This document shows, in pieces, positions 39,105 to 48,563 of a stretch of DNA of 64,000 nucleotides. The translations under genes were made by a program, and so were the position numbers. The stretch lies in NCBI GenBank assembly GCA_964347045.1, contig CAYFXC010000002.1:96001-160000 (forward strand). Reading direction: 5' to 3'. The stretch comes from an uncultured archaeon (GTDB taxonomy: Archaea; Asgardarchaeota; Hermodarchaeia; Hermodarchaeales; Hermodarchaeaceae). Positions within the stretch are counted from its first letter, which is position 1. Every line of letters starts with the position of its first letter. The notes below the pieces were generated by a model. That model was not told the DNA's origin. It saw nothing but the letters and a program-made list of their open reading frames with translations, and did no database searches.

Positions 39105-39653
39105 GTGATGGGCGACGATCCTGCGAAATTGATTCAGCAGTTACATACTAACATTATTGCCCTTACTCGGACCCCCAATTTTGCGCGATTAGTCCCAGAA
39201 GTTGGCAGTAATTTCGTAGTATGTTTAACCGGTGCCACCAAACTTTCGCAGGTTGCCGGATTAACCGGTCGCATTATTCTTGTTCGAGGAAAACCGGAGC
39301 CAGTTGGCGAAGTAGATTTTGGGGGGGCACCATTCATGGGTCCTGTGATACTCAAGGCGCATCAATTAAATGAAACAATCCATGCAGCTTTATCATTACG
39401 ATATTCAAATGACATTGTTGAGGCAGCTCGTCGAGCGAAATTACAAGTTGTGGGATTTCGCCTTGGAAAACTCAAGCCAATCCCAGATTGTATGACATTG
39501 GAGGGATTATCAAAATTTGGCTTTGTCCCAGAAGTTCTCTTTGATTGGGGAGCACATGGAGTAGAACCGCTTGTAGTTGTGTTTGGTTCAACACCGAAAG
39601 GTGTTACCCAACGAGCACGAGCAATTTTAACGGAATTACTAACTGATGTGTGA
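39105..39653 (+). CDS. ThiN-like thiamine-phosphate synthase domain protein
   Basis: LVPEVGSN, VAGLTGRI, AALSLRYS, DWGAHGVEP. Confidence 0.8.
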   Translation: MMGDDPAKLIQQLHTNIIALTRTPNFARLVPEVGSNFVVCLTGATKLSQVAGLTGRIILVRGKPEPVGEVDFGGAPFMGPVILKAHQLNETIHAALSLRYSNDIVEAARRAKLQVVGFRLGKLKPIPDCMTLEGLSKFGFVPEVLFDWGAHGVEPLVVVFGSTPKGVTQRARAILTELLTDV

Positions 39654-39660
39654 CTAAAGC

Positions 39661-40413
39661 GTGACAACCATCTTAGAAAAAAATGGGAAGAACAAGCAAG
39701 CTGTTAGTCTAGCTTTTGGATCAATTGCAGCTCTTTATGATTCATGGTATGAGACGCCCATGGGAAGCTATGTGTGGTCAGTGGAAACAGACGCAGTTAA
39801 AGCATTAATTCCTAAGCGAGTTCATGGAGTGTCGCTTGAAGTTGGCGTTGGAACAGGAATGGCGCTGCCTCTTCTTCAAAACATTTCGCTACAGCTTATT
39901 GGAATAGATATTGCTTGGCAAATGCTCGCTATAGCCCATAAAAAAGTCCTGAAGAACACCAATGCACATCTAATTCTTTCAGACGGTACAAGCCTTCCAA
40001 TTCGGAAAGAATGCCTTGATCTAGTTTTGGGCATGACAGTATTAGAGTTCATTCCAGATCGCGACGAATTTTTACAAGAAATTCATCGATGCCTTCAACC
40101 AATTGGTCATATCATTTTGGGAGTACTAACATCGACAAACCTCTGGGCTGTTGAGAGACGTGTACGGAGTCTTTTTCAGCACAATATCTTCAAATTAGCA
40201 AGATTCCCGAGCCCCTGGCAGGTAATGCGTATTTTATATCGGAATGGATTTTCAAAATCAACTTATCGAGGATCGGTGTATGCACTTCCCTTTTCTCCGA
40301 ATAGGTGTCTTCGAGTTTTCTCCCATCTTGATGCTTATCTGGGCACTCGATGGTTATGCCGTGCTCTTGGAGCATTTCTTGTTTTCCATGCGAGGCGGAA
40401 TGGTTCTACTTGA
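39661..40413 (+). CDS. Class I SAM-dependent methyltransferase
   Basis: YDSWYETPMG, LEVGVGTG, TVLEFI. Confidence 0.88.
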   Translation: MTTILEKNGKNKQAVSLAFGSIAALYDSWYETPMGSYVWSVETDAVKALIPKRVHGVSLEVGVGTGMALPLLQNISLQLIGIDIAWQMLAIAHKKVLKNTNAHLILSDGTSLPIRKECLDLVLGMTVLEFIPDRDEFLQEIHRCLQPIGHIILGVLTSTNLWAVERRVRSLFQHNIFKLARFPSPWQVMRILYRNGFSKSTYRGSVYALPFSPNRCLRVFSHLDAYLGTRWLCRALGAFLVFHARRNGST

Positions 40414-41392
40414 CGCGGGTCGTAAAGCGCTTGTAAGGATCTTCTCCAGGTTTAAGGCGTTTGGATTTTTCGTCAGATTCAATGAGAATATGTTTCCTTT
40501 TTGTAAATGTACCAATAATCGATGATTGTCTGTTGAAGCTGCTAATAGTTTGGATTATTTCATTTGCAGCTTCACTTTCTGTGATTATCAGAAAGCTTCC
40601 AAAAGAAGAACAATGAATGGGGTTCCATCTCAAGTAGCGAAAGAGTTTGATACCAACGTCATCCCAAGGAATTTCGTTAAATTGAACAGTGATTCCTAGC
40701 CCTGTTGTTTTTTGGAGTTCAAATAATGCTGTTGCTAATCCTCCCTCAGCTAGATCGTGTAGTAAAGTAATTCTTTCTTGTGGTAGAGCTTTCACTAATG
40801 AAACTACTTCGAATGGGCTCAAGTCGTTTGCTAGTTCTTCACGCTGCGATCGTGGGAGAATTGCATCGACGCTGGAGGGTTCCACGTTAGCTAGAAACCA
40901 TAAGGTTTCACGAGCAATAGGTCCCACGGCGATTATGATATCTCCAGGTTTCACCTGAGGAATAGAAACTAAATCATCTGGTAAAATTCCAAAACAAGTT
41001 GTGGTAATGAGAGGGACTTCTAGTCCGTCATATCCTCCAGTGTGTCCCCCAATGACTTTGAGGTTGAGTTTCTGGGCTTCTTCTCCTAGTTGTTTTATGG
41101 TTGCAGTAAGCCAATCCACTTCGGTATTTGGTGGATAGTATATTCCCAAGGAGAGATATTGGGGTGTAGCCCATGCCATTGCAACATCAGTGGCCGAATA
41201 ATGAACTGCAAAAAACCCATAGAACTGTAGTGGTATCCCAAGAACGGGATCCGAAGCAACCACAACACGACCATCGAAACTGGTTGATCCATAGTCAAGG
41301 AGTACTGAGCGCGTGTCATCGACACGGGGTAAATGAGGGAAAACAAATCGTTCTAAATCGGTTAATGAAAGTTTGCCTTTGGGGAGGGTCAT
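40406..41392 (-). CDS. AIR synthase-related (PurM/ThiL/HypE superfamily) protein
   Basis: GKL, VVASDP, IGGHT, KPGDII, LHDLAEGGL. Confidence 0.85.
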   Translation of the reverse strand: MTLPKGKLSLTDLERFVFPHLPRVDDTRSVLLDYGSTSFDGRVVVASDPVLGIPLQFYGFFAVHYSATDVAMAWATPQYLSLGIYYPPNTEVDWLTATIKQLGEEAQKLNLKVIGGHTGGYDGLEVPLITTTCFGILPDDLVSIPQVKPGDIIIAVGPIARETLWFLANVEPSSVDAILPRSQREELANDLSPFEVVSLVKALPQERITLLHDLAEGGLATALFELQKTTGLGITVQFNEIPWDDVGIKLFRYLRWNPIHCSSFGSFLIITESEAANEIIQTISSFNRQSSIIGTFTKRKHILIESDEKSKRLKPGEDPYKRFTTRVK

Positions 41393-41482
41393 GACATTGT
41401 CACCTCTGTTGAATTTGCATCGTTGCAGGTTATAATGCATACGGTTCAAATACCCAGAGGCACCAGTTCAATCCCTAACATA

Positions 41483-42442
41483 TTATCGTTTTTGGTGGCG
41501 CGGTTCTAATGCAATTAGGATGGTTGCAAGAAAGATTAGTGCCGCCCCAAATCCTTGCCAAATAGCTACAGGCTGCCCAAGGAAAATGAAGCCAAAAAGT
41601 ACCGCACTAATCGGATCCAGTAACAGAATTATGGATGCTGCGGACGCGTCAACCTTCTGAACTCCAACATTGGTTAACAAATAAGGGATAGTGGTAGAAA
41701 TTAATGAAAACCCAAGTAAGAGCAGCCAAGCGGGGAGTGGTAAAAAGAGTATGATTCCAACAATTCTGGGATCATTTACAAAGAGGCTGATTATGAAAAT
41801 TATTGGGACCATCCAGATCATGGCAAAGAAAAAGCCCCAAAAAGTTGTCACAGAAGGACGATACCCTTCATAACCACCCCATTTTCGACCCAAAACCATG
41901 TAAACCGCAGCAAAAATTGCATTTGATAATGCCAGGACTATTCCTGCAAGAGGAACAACGATAACATGGGGAATTATTGGCAACGACACGATCACAGCAC
42001 CCGCAATCGAAAGCGGTACGGCAATAAACCGAAGTCGTGTTAAGGGCTCTGCGAGGAATATGCGGCCTAAGAGAAGGGTTATTGCAGGATAAAGATAGGT
42101 GAGGGAAACGGCTACCACGACAGGTGTCCCAATGGCAATAGCTGTAATGTATACAATGAGCCCCAATGCGATTCCAATTAGCCCATAAACCACAAATTGG
42201 GTCAGATGTTTTCGCTGGATGGTAATATTTCGAAAGGAATAGACAACACCGAGACCAATGAAAATATATAGAACAGAAAATGTTGTGCGAAAGAGCGCTT
42301 GTTGGAGTGAGGAAACACCGAGAAGAGTTAGATAAAAAGAAAAAACAGGAATAGTGCCAAAACAAATAGCAGCAATAATTAAGCTCACATAACTGTATTT
42401 AAATGAATTAGACATCCAAACTCGCTCGATGATTCGTTCCAA
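41483..42442 (-). CDS. DMT/EamA family transporter
   Basis: Two EamA repeats, about 10 TMs; LTYLYP, ASIILLLDP. Confidence 0.9.
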   Translation of the reverse strand: MERIIERVWMSNSFKYSYVSLIIAAICFGTIPVFSFYLTLLGVSSLQQALFRTTFSVLYIFIGLGVVYSFRNITIQRKHLTQFVVYGLIGIALGLIVYITAIAIGTPVVVAVSLTYLYPAITLLLGRIFLAEPLTRLRFIAVPLSIAGAVIVSLPIIPHVIVVPLAGIVLALSNAIFAAVYMVLGRKWGGYEGYRPSVTTFWGFFFAMIWMVPIIFIISLFVNDPRIVGIILFLPLPAWLLLLGFSLISTTIPYLLTNVGVQKVDASAASIILLLDPISAVLFGFIFLGQPVAIWQGFGAALIFLATILIALEPRHQKR

Positions 42443-42468
42443 GATTCATATGAATGTTACATAAGTGT

Positions 42469-43053
42469 TTATGGCTTATGTTCTAAGACCGCTTTGGCTC
42501 CACCATGAAGTGCACTGATATTATCCTTCTCGTAGCGATGAAGTTTGCTATCGGTCTTAATTGCCACTTCGAGCATTTTCAAATCGACACGATTATCAAT
42601 AACCGCTAGAGCTCCAAGAGAAGCAATCCCCATATACCTTACATGTCCTAGCTTGTCCGCTAGTTTCCGAATTTCAACCTGATAGATGGTAGTGCCATTT
42701 TGTTGTACTAAATCTGCGAGTCCCATTTTTACCGTGGGATCATTAATAATCCCAGCTTCAATTAGAAGAAGATCACTGCTCAAGTCAGGACTTATTGAAC
42801 AGCATTTCTTGAATGCCGGTGCAGAGAGGACGATAAGGATATTTGGTTTTTCAAATTTTAACTCGTAAATGGGGTCAGAGGAAATAATGAGGTCTGTTGT
42901 GCAAGCATCACCCCGGGCGGCTGCACCGTGAGTTTCAGTTTGTAACACATGAAATCCTTTTTGCGCAAAGGTGGAACCGAGAATTCGACTAGCAGTGACA
43001 ACACCATAACCACCGTATCCTGCAAATCGAACCGTAAAGTACATCTTAAGCAA
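42469..43053 (-). CDS. 2-oxoacid:ferredoxin oxidoreductase gamma subunit
   Basis: RFAGYGGYGVVTA, THGAAARG. Confidence 0.9.
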   Translation of the reverse strand: MLKMYFTVRFAGYGGYGVVTASRILGSTFAQKGFHVLQTETHGAAARGDACTTDLIISSDPIYELKFEKPNILIVLSAPAFKKCCSISPDLSSDLLLIEAGIINDPTVKMGLADLVQQNGTTIYQVEIRKLADKLGHVRYMGIASLGALAVIDNRVDLKMLEVAIKTDSKLHRYEKDNISALHGGAKAVLEHKP

Positions 43054-43063
43054 CCTTCTTTTG

Positions 43064-43951
43064 CTATTCCCACAGTTTTTGTAAATATTCGATTAATGTA
43101 GGTCGCTGTTCTCGCTTGAAGACACCTAAATCAATGAGCTTATCTTTCAAAGTTAATTGATAGCGTGGATGATTGAAGCGTTCACCCGTCTTTTTCCCTT
43201 TCAATGCTTTAAGCATCCATGCGCCAGGAAGCCGTTTGAATTGGTCTAGTTCGATAGCTGATAGAGTGGATTGAAATTCCGTCAGAAATCGAGCAGCATA
43301 GGTGGGACACTGTGAAATGATTTCAATGAAAGCGAATCCCGGATGAAGCATAGCTTCTTTAATCGAGGCTATGATTTCATTAACATAGAATGTTGTCCAT
43401 CGTGCAACATAGCTAGCCCCAGCCCCAGAAACGAGGTGGACAAGATCAAAAGGTGCTTCTGGATTCTGAGAGTAGGTCGAAGTGTGGACATTGAGAGGAG
43501 TTGTTGGAGCTGATTGCCCCCCCGTCATACCATAATTTAGATTGTTGACAAGAATTACCGTCATAGGTATGTTTCGCCGCGCGGCATGAATAAGATGATT
43601 TCCACCAATGGCAACTCCATCACCATCTCCAGTGAAAACTACAACGCGTAATTTTGGATTCATGACCTTTGCGCCAGTGGCAAAAGCAATAGCACGTCCA
43701 TGGGTCGTGTGCAGCGTATCACCTTGAAAGTATGGACTTGGAATCCATGCAGAACAACCAATACCAGAAACTCCCAAGATTTCTTGATGTTGAAGCTTTT
43801 TAGAATTTATTAACTCATCAATGGCACGTACAAATGCATTGAGTATTGTGCCGTTCCCACAGCCTGCACAAAAAGCATTGGGGAGATTACGGAGGTATTT
43901 ATCGCGATAATATTTTTGGGGTTTCCCAAGCTTTGTGTCGCGTTTGGTTAT
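43064..43951 (-). CDS. 2-oxoacid:ferredoxin oxidoreductase beta subunit (probable ATA start)
   Basis: FCAGCG upstream of the track start, SGIGC, HTTHGRA, GDGD..IGGNH, YGMTGGQ, QCPT. Confidence 0.92.
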   Translation of the reverse strand: MTKRDTKLGKPQKYYRDKYLRNLPNAFCAGCGNGTILNAFVRAIDELINSKKLQHQEILGVSGIGCSAWIPSPYFQGDTLHTTHGRAIAFATGAKVMNPKLRVVVFTGDGDGVAIGGNHLIHAARRNIPMTVILVNNLNYGMTGGQSAPTTPLNVHTSTYSQNPEAPFDLVHLVSGAGASYVARWTTFYVNEIIASIKEAMLHPGFAFIEIISQCPTYAARFLTEFQSTLSAIELDQFKRLPGAWMLKALKGKKTGERFNHPRYQLTLKDKLIDLGVFKREQRPTLIEYLQKLWE

Positions 43952-45084
43952 TTCGACTCACCCTCCATAATGTAGTTAAGAATTTCATTCGAATGATGAA
44001 CTTCTCCAGCCACCTTGGGTACACTTACAATAGTTGCTTGGCTCGCTAACCGCGCGATTTCATTTACCATCATTCCCATATTCATTTCCACTACATAAAT
44101 TCTGGAAATATCTTTGAGTAACTCAATAAGATGAGTTTCTGGGAGCGGCCAAAGTGTTTTCAATCGTATGAATCCGACATCATATCCATGCTTTCGTGCG
44201 ATTTGCACGGCTTGGTATGCGGGTCGGGCTGATGCACCAAAACTTAACACAACTGTTGGTGATGATTCAAGATGTCTTTTTTCTAAATCAAGCCCTTCTT
44301 TTCGGAGAGTATGTCCAGCTTGCCGATTCTTTTCGAAAATCCATTCGATTGTTGCTCGGTGGAACCGAGGCGTATAATCACGAACACCAGTTGGTCGGTG
44401 CGCTGACCCTGTTACAAGAAGGTTTAACCCATCCCCGAACCGCGGCATCTCATACCGTAAGAAACTTTCTTCGGGGTTTGGGTGTTTTTTTGTGAGCCGT
44501 TCACGATTGATAATAGGCAACCCACCTCGTTTTGGAATAGTTAGAGGTTCACGCATATAGCTGATTTCTCCATCTGTCATGAGGAGTGTGGGAGTCCGGA
44601 AACGTTCAGCATAATTGAATGCATGAATTGTGAAGTCAAACATTTCCTGTACTGACCAGGGACTAAAAGCAAGAGGTGCAATATCACCATGAGTACCAAA
44701 TCGGGCTTGCATGATGTCTTGTTGTCCAGGCATAGTAGCTTGACCTGTACTGGGACCTGATCGTTGGGCATCGACAATTACAGCAGGAGTTTCAGTGATG
44801 TATGCATACCCAAGATTTTCTTGCATAAGGCTGAAGCCAGGTCCAGAGGTAGCCGTCATTGCCTTTCCGCCTGCCCATGACGCACCAATGATTGCGGCTA
44901 TTGAAGCGATTTCGTCTTCCATTTGCAAATAATAACCGTTGACTTCAGGTAGACGTTTAGCCATCCATTCAACAATACTTGTTGCGGGAGTGATGGGATA
45001 TCCTGCGAAAAACCGGCAACCAGCATAAATCGCACCCTCAGCACAAGCTGTGCCACCATCAACGAAATGCAATCCAGCTTTCAT
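43948..45084 (-). CDS. 2-oxoacid:ferredoxin oxidoreductase alpha subunit
   Basis: AGYPITPAT, EDEIAS, TATSGPGFSLMQE, QRSGPSTG, VVEMNMG. Confidence 0.95.
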   Translation of the reverse strand: MKAGLHFVDGGTACAEGAIYAGCRFFAGYPITPATSIVEWMAKRLPEVNGYYLQMEDEIASIAAIIGASWAGGKAMTATSGPGFSLMQENLGYAYITETPAVIVDAQRSGPSTGQATMPGQQDIMQARFGTHGDIAPLAFSPWSVQEMFDFTIHAFNYAERFRTPTLLMTDGEISYMREPLTIPKRGGLPIINRERLTKKHPNPEESFLRYEMPRFGDGLNLLVTGSAHRPTGVRDYTPRFHRATIEWIFEKNRQAGHTLRKEGLDLEKRHLESSPTVVLSFGASARPAYQAVQIARKHGYDVGFIRLKTLWPLPETHLIELLKDISRIYVVEMNMGMMVNEIARLASQATIVSVPKVAGEVHHSNEILNYIMEGESK

Positions 45085-45329
45085 TTTTCTTGCACCTCAA
45101 TCATTATTGCCGCATCGGGACACCGTTTTTCACACAGCCGGCACGTAACACTTTTTTTTCCTCGGACAAGTATACATTTGGTTTCACCATCCATAATGAG
45201 GCGTGGATTATTTCCCCCCCATGCCGTTGGTTTATCTTCTTCCAAGATTTTCGTGGGACAAAAGAGGATACAGATACCACACCCTTTGCAAAGGTTTTCA
45301 TTCACGGTAAGTTTGATATGCCGCGGGAT
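45081..45329 (-). CDS. 2-oxoacid:ferredoxin oxidoreductase delta (ferredoxin) subunit (possible ATC start)
   Basis: CKGCGICILFCP and CRLCEKRCPDAAI. Confidence 0.88.
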   Translation of the reverse strand: MPRHIKLTVNENLCKGCGICILFCPTKILEEDKPTAWGGNNPRLIMDGETKCILVRGKKSVTCRLCEKRCPDAAIMIEVQEK

Positions 45330-45427
45330 TCTACATTCCTCCTAAGGTGCGGTGGGTGTTTTCCATCGTCCGTGAATTTGCTTGAGGACCTAAAGCTTTA
45401 TGGAAAGACGATACAAACGATGAAGCT

Positions 45428-46783
45428 ATGTCGAGCTCCATAAACCGAAGATTTCCACGCTGGTTAACCGCCATCTTCATGTTTGTCATTTCCTTGGTAC
45501 TCGTCATTATAACATATTTCAGTGATATAGTGGGAGCTCTCTACTATTTTATTACCATACTCATAGCTTTCGCTCTCTGGACCTATGTCGATAAGCAACC
45601 TATTGAGAAGTTAGGCTTTCGCTTTGTTTCCCGATGGTGGCTACAACTGCTTCTGGGTATTCTCCTCGCTAGCATAGTTCTTGGACTCACTATCTGGCTT
45701 GAAGCTCTTTTAGGGTGGGTTATTCTTGCACCTGTTTTTCTGAGTGTACCCTGGTGGGTTATTGCTGGCACACTTGCCTATTACGCAATTTGGCAAGCTC
45801 TTGTTGCGGGCGCAGAAGAGTTTGTAAGTCGAGGATATATTCAACAAAACCTAACTACACGATTGACGATGCCTCTAGCAATCCTTAGTTCAGCGATCTT
45901 GTTTGCAACATTTCACGTTCCAAGTATAATATATTACATGCTTCCTCCTGTGCAGGCAATTAGCATGTTTGTTAACCTATTTTTAGGGGGAATTATGTTA
46001 GGCCTAGCCTTTGCCCGAACACGTGCTCTCTGGTTGCCAATCGGACTTCATTTTGGTTGGAACTATATGCTTTATCATATTGCGGGGTTTGGTGGGAATG
46101 GATTATTCGAAGCTCAAGACACAGGTCCGACAATCCTAACTGGGGGTACAATGGGTCCGGAGGCAGGATTGTTAGGTACAATTGTCTTCTTGTTTCTGAT
46201 CTTCATCGTTTGGATTGGAACGAAAGAAGCGGATGGGCAGCTTATGCGCACCTTTGATCGAAAAGCTCTTCTGATGTTCGCTTTTGGCTTTCTGGTAGTA
46301 GGAGTCCCTGTGGTTTTGGGTCTTTTAGTCATGGGTCTGTGGGTGTTTCTCATAATCTGGATTATCTATGCGATATTCTTTCTTCAGATTTGGGAAAATC
46401 GAATATTGTGTAGCCATTGTCCGCATTATGGCTCTGAAGGACGAATCCTTCGATGCCATGCAAATTACGGGCTTTACAAACTTTGGAAATATAACCCAAC
46501 ACCAATGAGTCGATCTGAACAAATCCAGATGATCATCGGAGTGTCATTTATGATAGGATTACCCTTCCCCTTTTTAGTTTTGAGTCAATCATGGTTTTTC
46601 CTAATATTCGCATTATTTGGAGCTATTGTATTCGCCGTCATTCTTTTTGGCTGGTTATGTCTTCGCTGTGTGAATTTTTCTTGTCCTTTTAATCGGGTGC
46701 CCAAGAAAGAGGTGGACACATTCTTAAGGCAGCATCCTGAGATGCAGAAAGCATGGGAAGGGAAAGGCTACAAACTTGACTGA
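45428..46783 (+). CDS. CPBP (Abi/CAAX) intramembrane protease fused to a Cys-rich membrane domain
   Basis: EEFVSRG, FATFH, LHFGWN, GPEAG; C-terminal CSHCPHY and CLRCVNFSCPFN. Confidence 0.85.
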   Translation: MSSSINRRFPRWLTAIFMFVISLVLVIITYFSDIVGALYYFITILIAFALWTYVDKQPIEKLGFRFVSRWWLQLLLGILLASIVLGLTIWLEALLGWVILAPVFLSVPWWVIAGTLAYYAIWQALVAGAEEFVSRGYIQQNLTTRLTMPLAILSSAILFATFHVPSIIYYMLPPVQAISMFVNLFLGGIMLGLAFARTRALWLPIGLHFGWNYMLYHIAGFGGNGLFEAQDTGPTILTGGTMGPEAGLLGTIVFLFLIFIVWIGTKEADGQLMRTFDRKALLMFAFGFLVVGVPVVLGLLVMGLWVFLIIWIIYAIFFLQIWENRILCSHCPHYGSEGRILRCHANYGLYKLWKYNPTPMSRSEQIQMIIGVSFMIGLPFPFLVLSQSWFFLIFALFGAIVFAVILFGWLCLRCVNFSCPFNRVPKKEVDTFLRQHPEMQKAWEGKGYKLD

Positions 46784-46797
46784 ACCGAAAAAATTGC

Positions 46798-47421
46798 CTA
46801 ACCCTTGTGGAACTTGATTGCAAGAGCGGCAACTCGTTGTCCGACTAATTGACTATTCCGAATACCAATTTCATCTTTAGATGTCCACCGCCAAGTGAAG
46901 CCTTCACTCTGCAAACCTGTTATTCCTGCCCATCCTTCTTTAACGGGATCACCAACTCCACCGACAACAATCATGCCTTGTCCGAGAGCATAATTGATTA
47001 TGGTTGTCGCGGTTGATTCTTGACCACCTTGCCTTAGACCAGCGGCGACAAGGATTCCGACTATTTTGTCACGTAAGCGATGATCATGCATTTTTCGTGT
47101 TCGTGAGCGGTCAATGAGATTTTTAAGCAGACCGGGAACGGAAGAGAAGTATGATGGACTAGCAAAGATTATACCATGGGCAGTTTCCATTTTATCTAAG
47201 ACCTTTGGAACATCATCTTTACTATCTTCCGGGCAGGGTTTTTGACGTACACAGTTATCACATCCTGTACAGGGAAGAATGCTGTAATCTGCTAGGCGTA
47301 GCAATTCCGTTTCTATTTCACCAGAAGATTTGGCGGAAGCAAGGGCTTGCGCTAGTAGAAATTCTGAGCTGGATTTTTCTTTTTTAGGAGAACCACATAT
47401 ACCTAAGACTATAGTTGACAT
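46798..47421 (-). CDS. Iron-sulfur flavoprotein / flavodoxin family
   Basis: GICGSP, CTGCDNC...C, ASPSYF, GGQE. Confidence 0.9.
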   Translation of the reverse strand: MSTIVLGICGSPKKEKSSSEFLLAQALASAKSSGEIETELLRLADYSILPCTGCDNCVRQKPCPEDSKDDVPKVLDKMETAHGIIFASPSYFSSVPGLLKNLIDRSRTRKMHDHRLRDKIVGILVAAGLRQGGQESTATTIINYALGQGMIVVGGVGDPVKEGWAGITGLQSEGFTWRWTSKDEIGIRNSQLVGQRVAALAIKFHKG

Positions 47422-47503
47422 TGTAACACGCTTCTGAAATCTTAGTTCTTCACTATGAAAGAACCCCTTTTCAGCCTTATTGTATCCATAAATATGTGTA
47501 AAA

Positions 47504-48133
47504 TCATCGTCGAATATTCCTTCGAAGGCTCTGCTCAATGCGATAAAGATCTGCAGGAGTGTTAACATTGGAAAATGTGAGAAGTTTCTTATCAAATCGT
47601 TTGAGAGCATTTGTCGATAAATAAATTACATGGCCAATATTGTCAATCAGGCATTGCATTCTTGGTTTCTGTTCTTCCAAACACTGAGACGCCACTTCTT
47701 GTGCAATTTCTGTTGCAAAGACTGAGTGTAAAGGCTCAACCCAACCATTAGGCCATCGTGGAACAGCCGCATGATGACTTTCTACCATACTCCACATTAT
47801 ATCGAAAAACATGTTATGGATTAAAGGTGAATCACAGGGCAGAAGCTGAGTATATGGATTCTGAGCGTGTTGAAAAGCTGTCAACGCACCAACTAGTGGG
47901 CACCGTAGTTCTGTGGGGATATCCGTAATTATTTGCTCTTCTGGGAAGTGTTCAGCATATAATTCGCGATCATTCCTAGCATGAACAACAATGAAAACCT
48001 CTTGAGCGTAGGCTTCACAGGCGTCAACAACATGGAGGAAAAGAGGTTTGCCAGCAACCTGCACGAGCGCCTTGGTTGGTTTAAACCGATCACTTTGACC
48101 CCCAGCTAGTATCGCTACGCTAACAGGTTGCAC
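47504..48133 (-). CDS. mobA: Molybdenum cofactor guanylyltransferase
   Basis: ILAGGQSDRF..KAL, PCDSP, EPLHSVF, NVNTPADL. Confidence 0.92.
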   Translation of the reverse strand: MQPVSVAILAGGQSDRFKPTKALVQVAGKPLFLHVVDACEAYAQEVFIVVHARNDRELYAEHFPEEQIITDIPTELRCPLVGALTAFQHAQNPYTQLLPCDSPLIHNMFFDIMWSMVESHHAAVPRWPNGWVEPLHSVFATEIAQEVASQCLEEQKPRMQCLIDNIGHVIYLSTNALKRFDKKLLTFSNVNTPADLYRIEQSLRRNIRR

Positions 48134-48563
48134 TTCTATTCCTCTCAATAGGGTATTGTAGGTTCTTATGCGGCATGAGCGAACATCAGAACTAAAAATT
48201 TACTGTAAAACCAAAACTTGGCTTAAATCAAGAAACGCACTATCGTTTGCAAAAAAAGGGGTTTGGTCTCCCCTCCAGATTCAAACTAACATTCCTCTAA
48301 GAACCTATAAAGTAGAAAAAGAAGGATTAAGAACGGTTTAAATTTCCTTAAATTACGATTTTTGTAATATTTTGAGAATAAAAGCTAAAATAACAAAGAA
48401 AATAGAAAAACATAGGTTTTAAACAGTTTAAACGAAATTCTAGTACAAACCCTTTAGAAAATATAACAATAAAATAGAACAAAGTAACATAAAAGTCGCA
48501 TTCATAGCCTTGAATGACATTCCACTGGATTCGTTGTTAGATTAAAATCATTGAGGTTTATTT

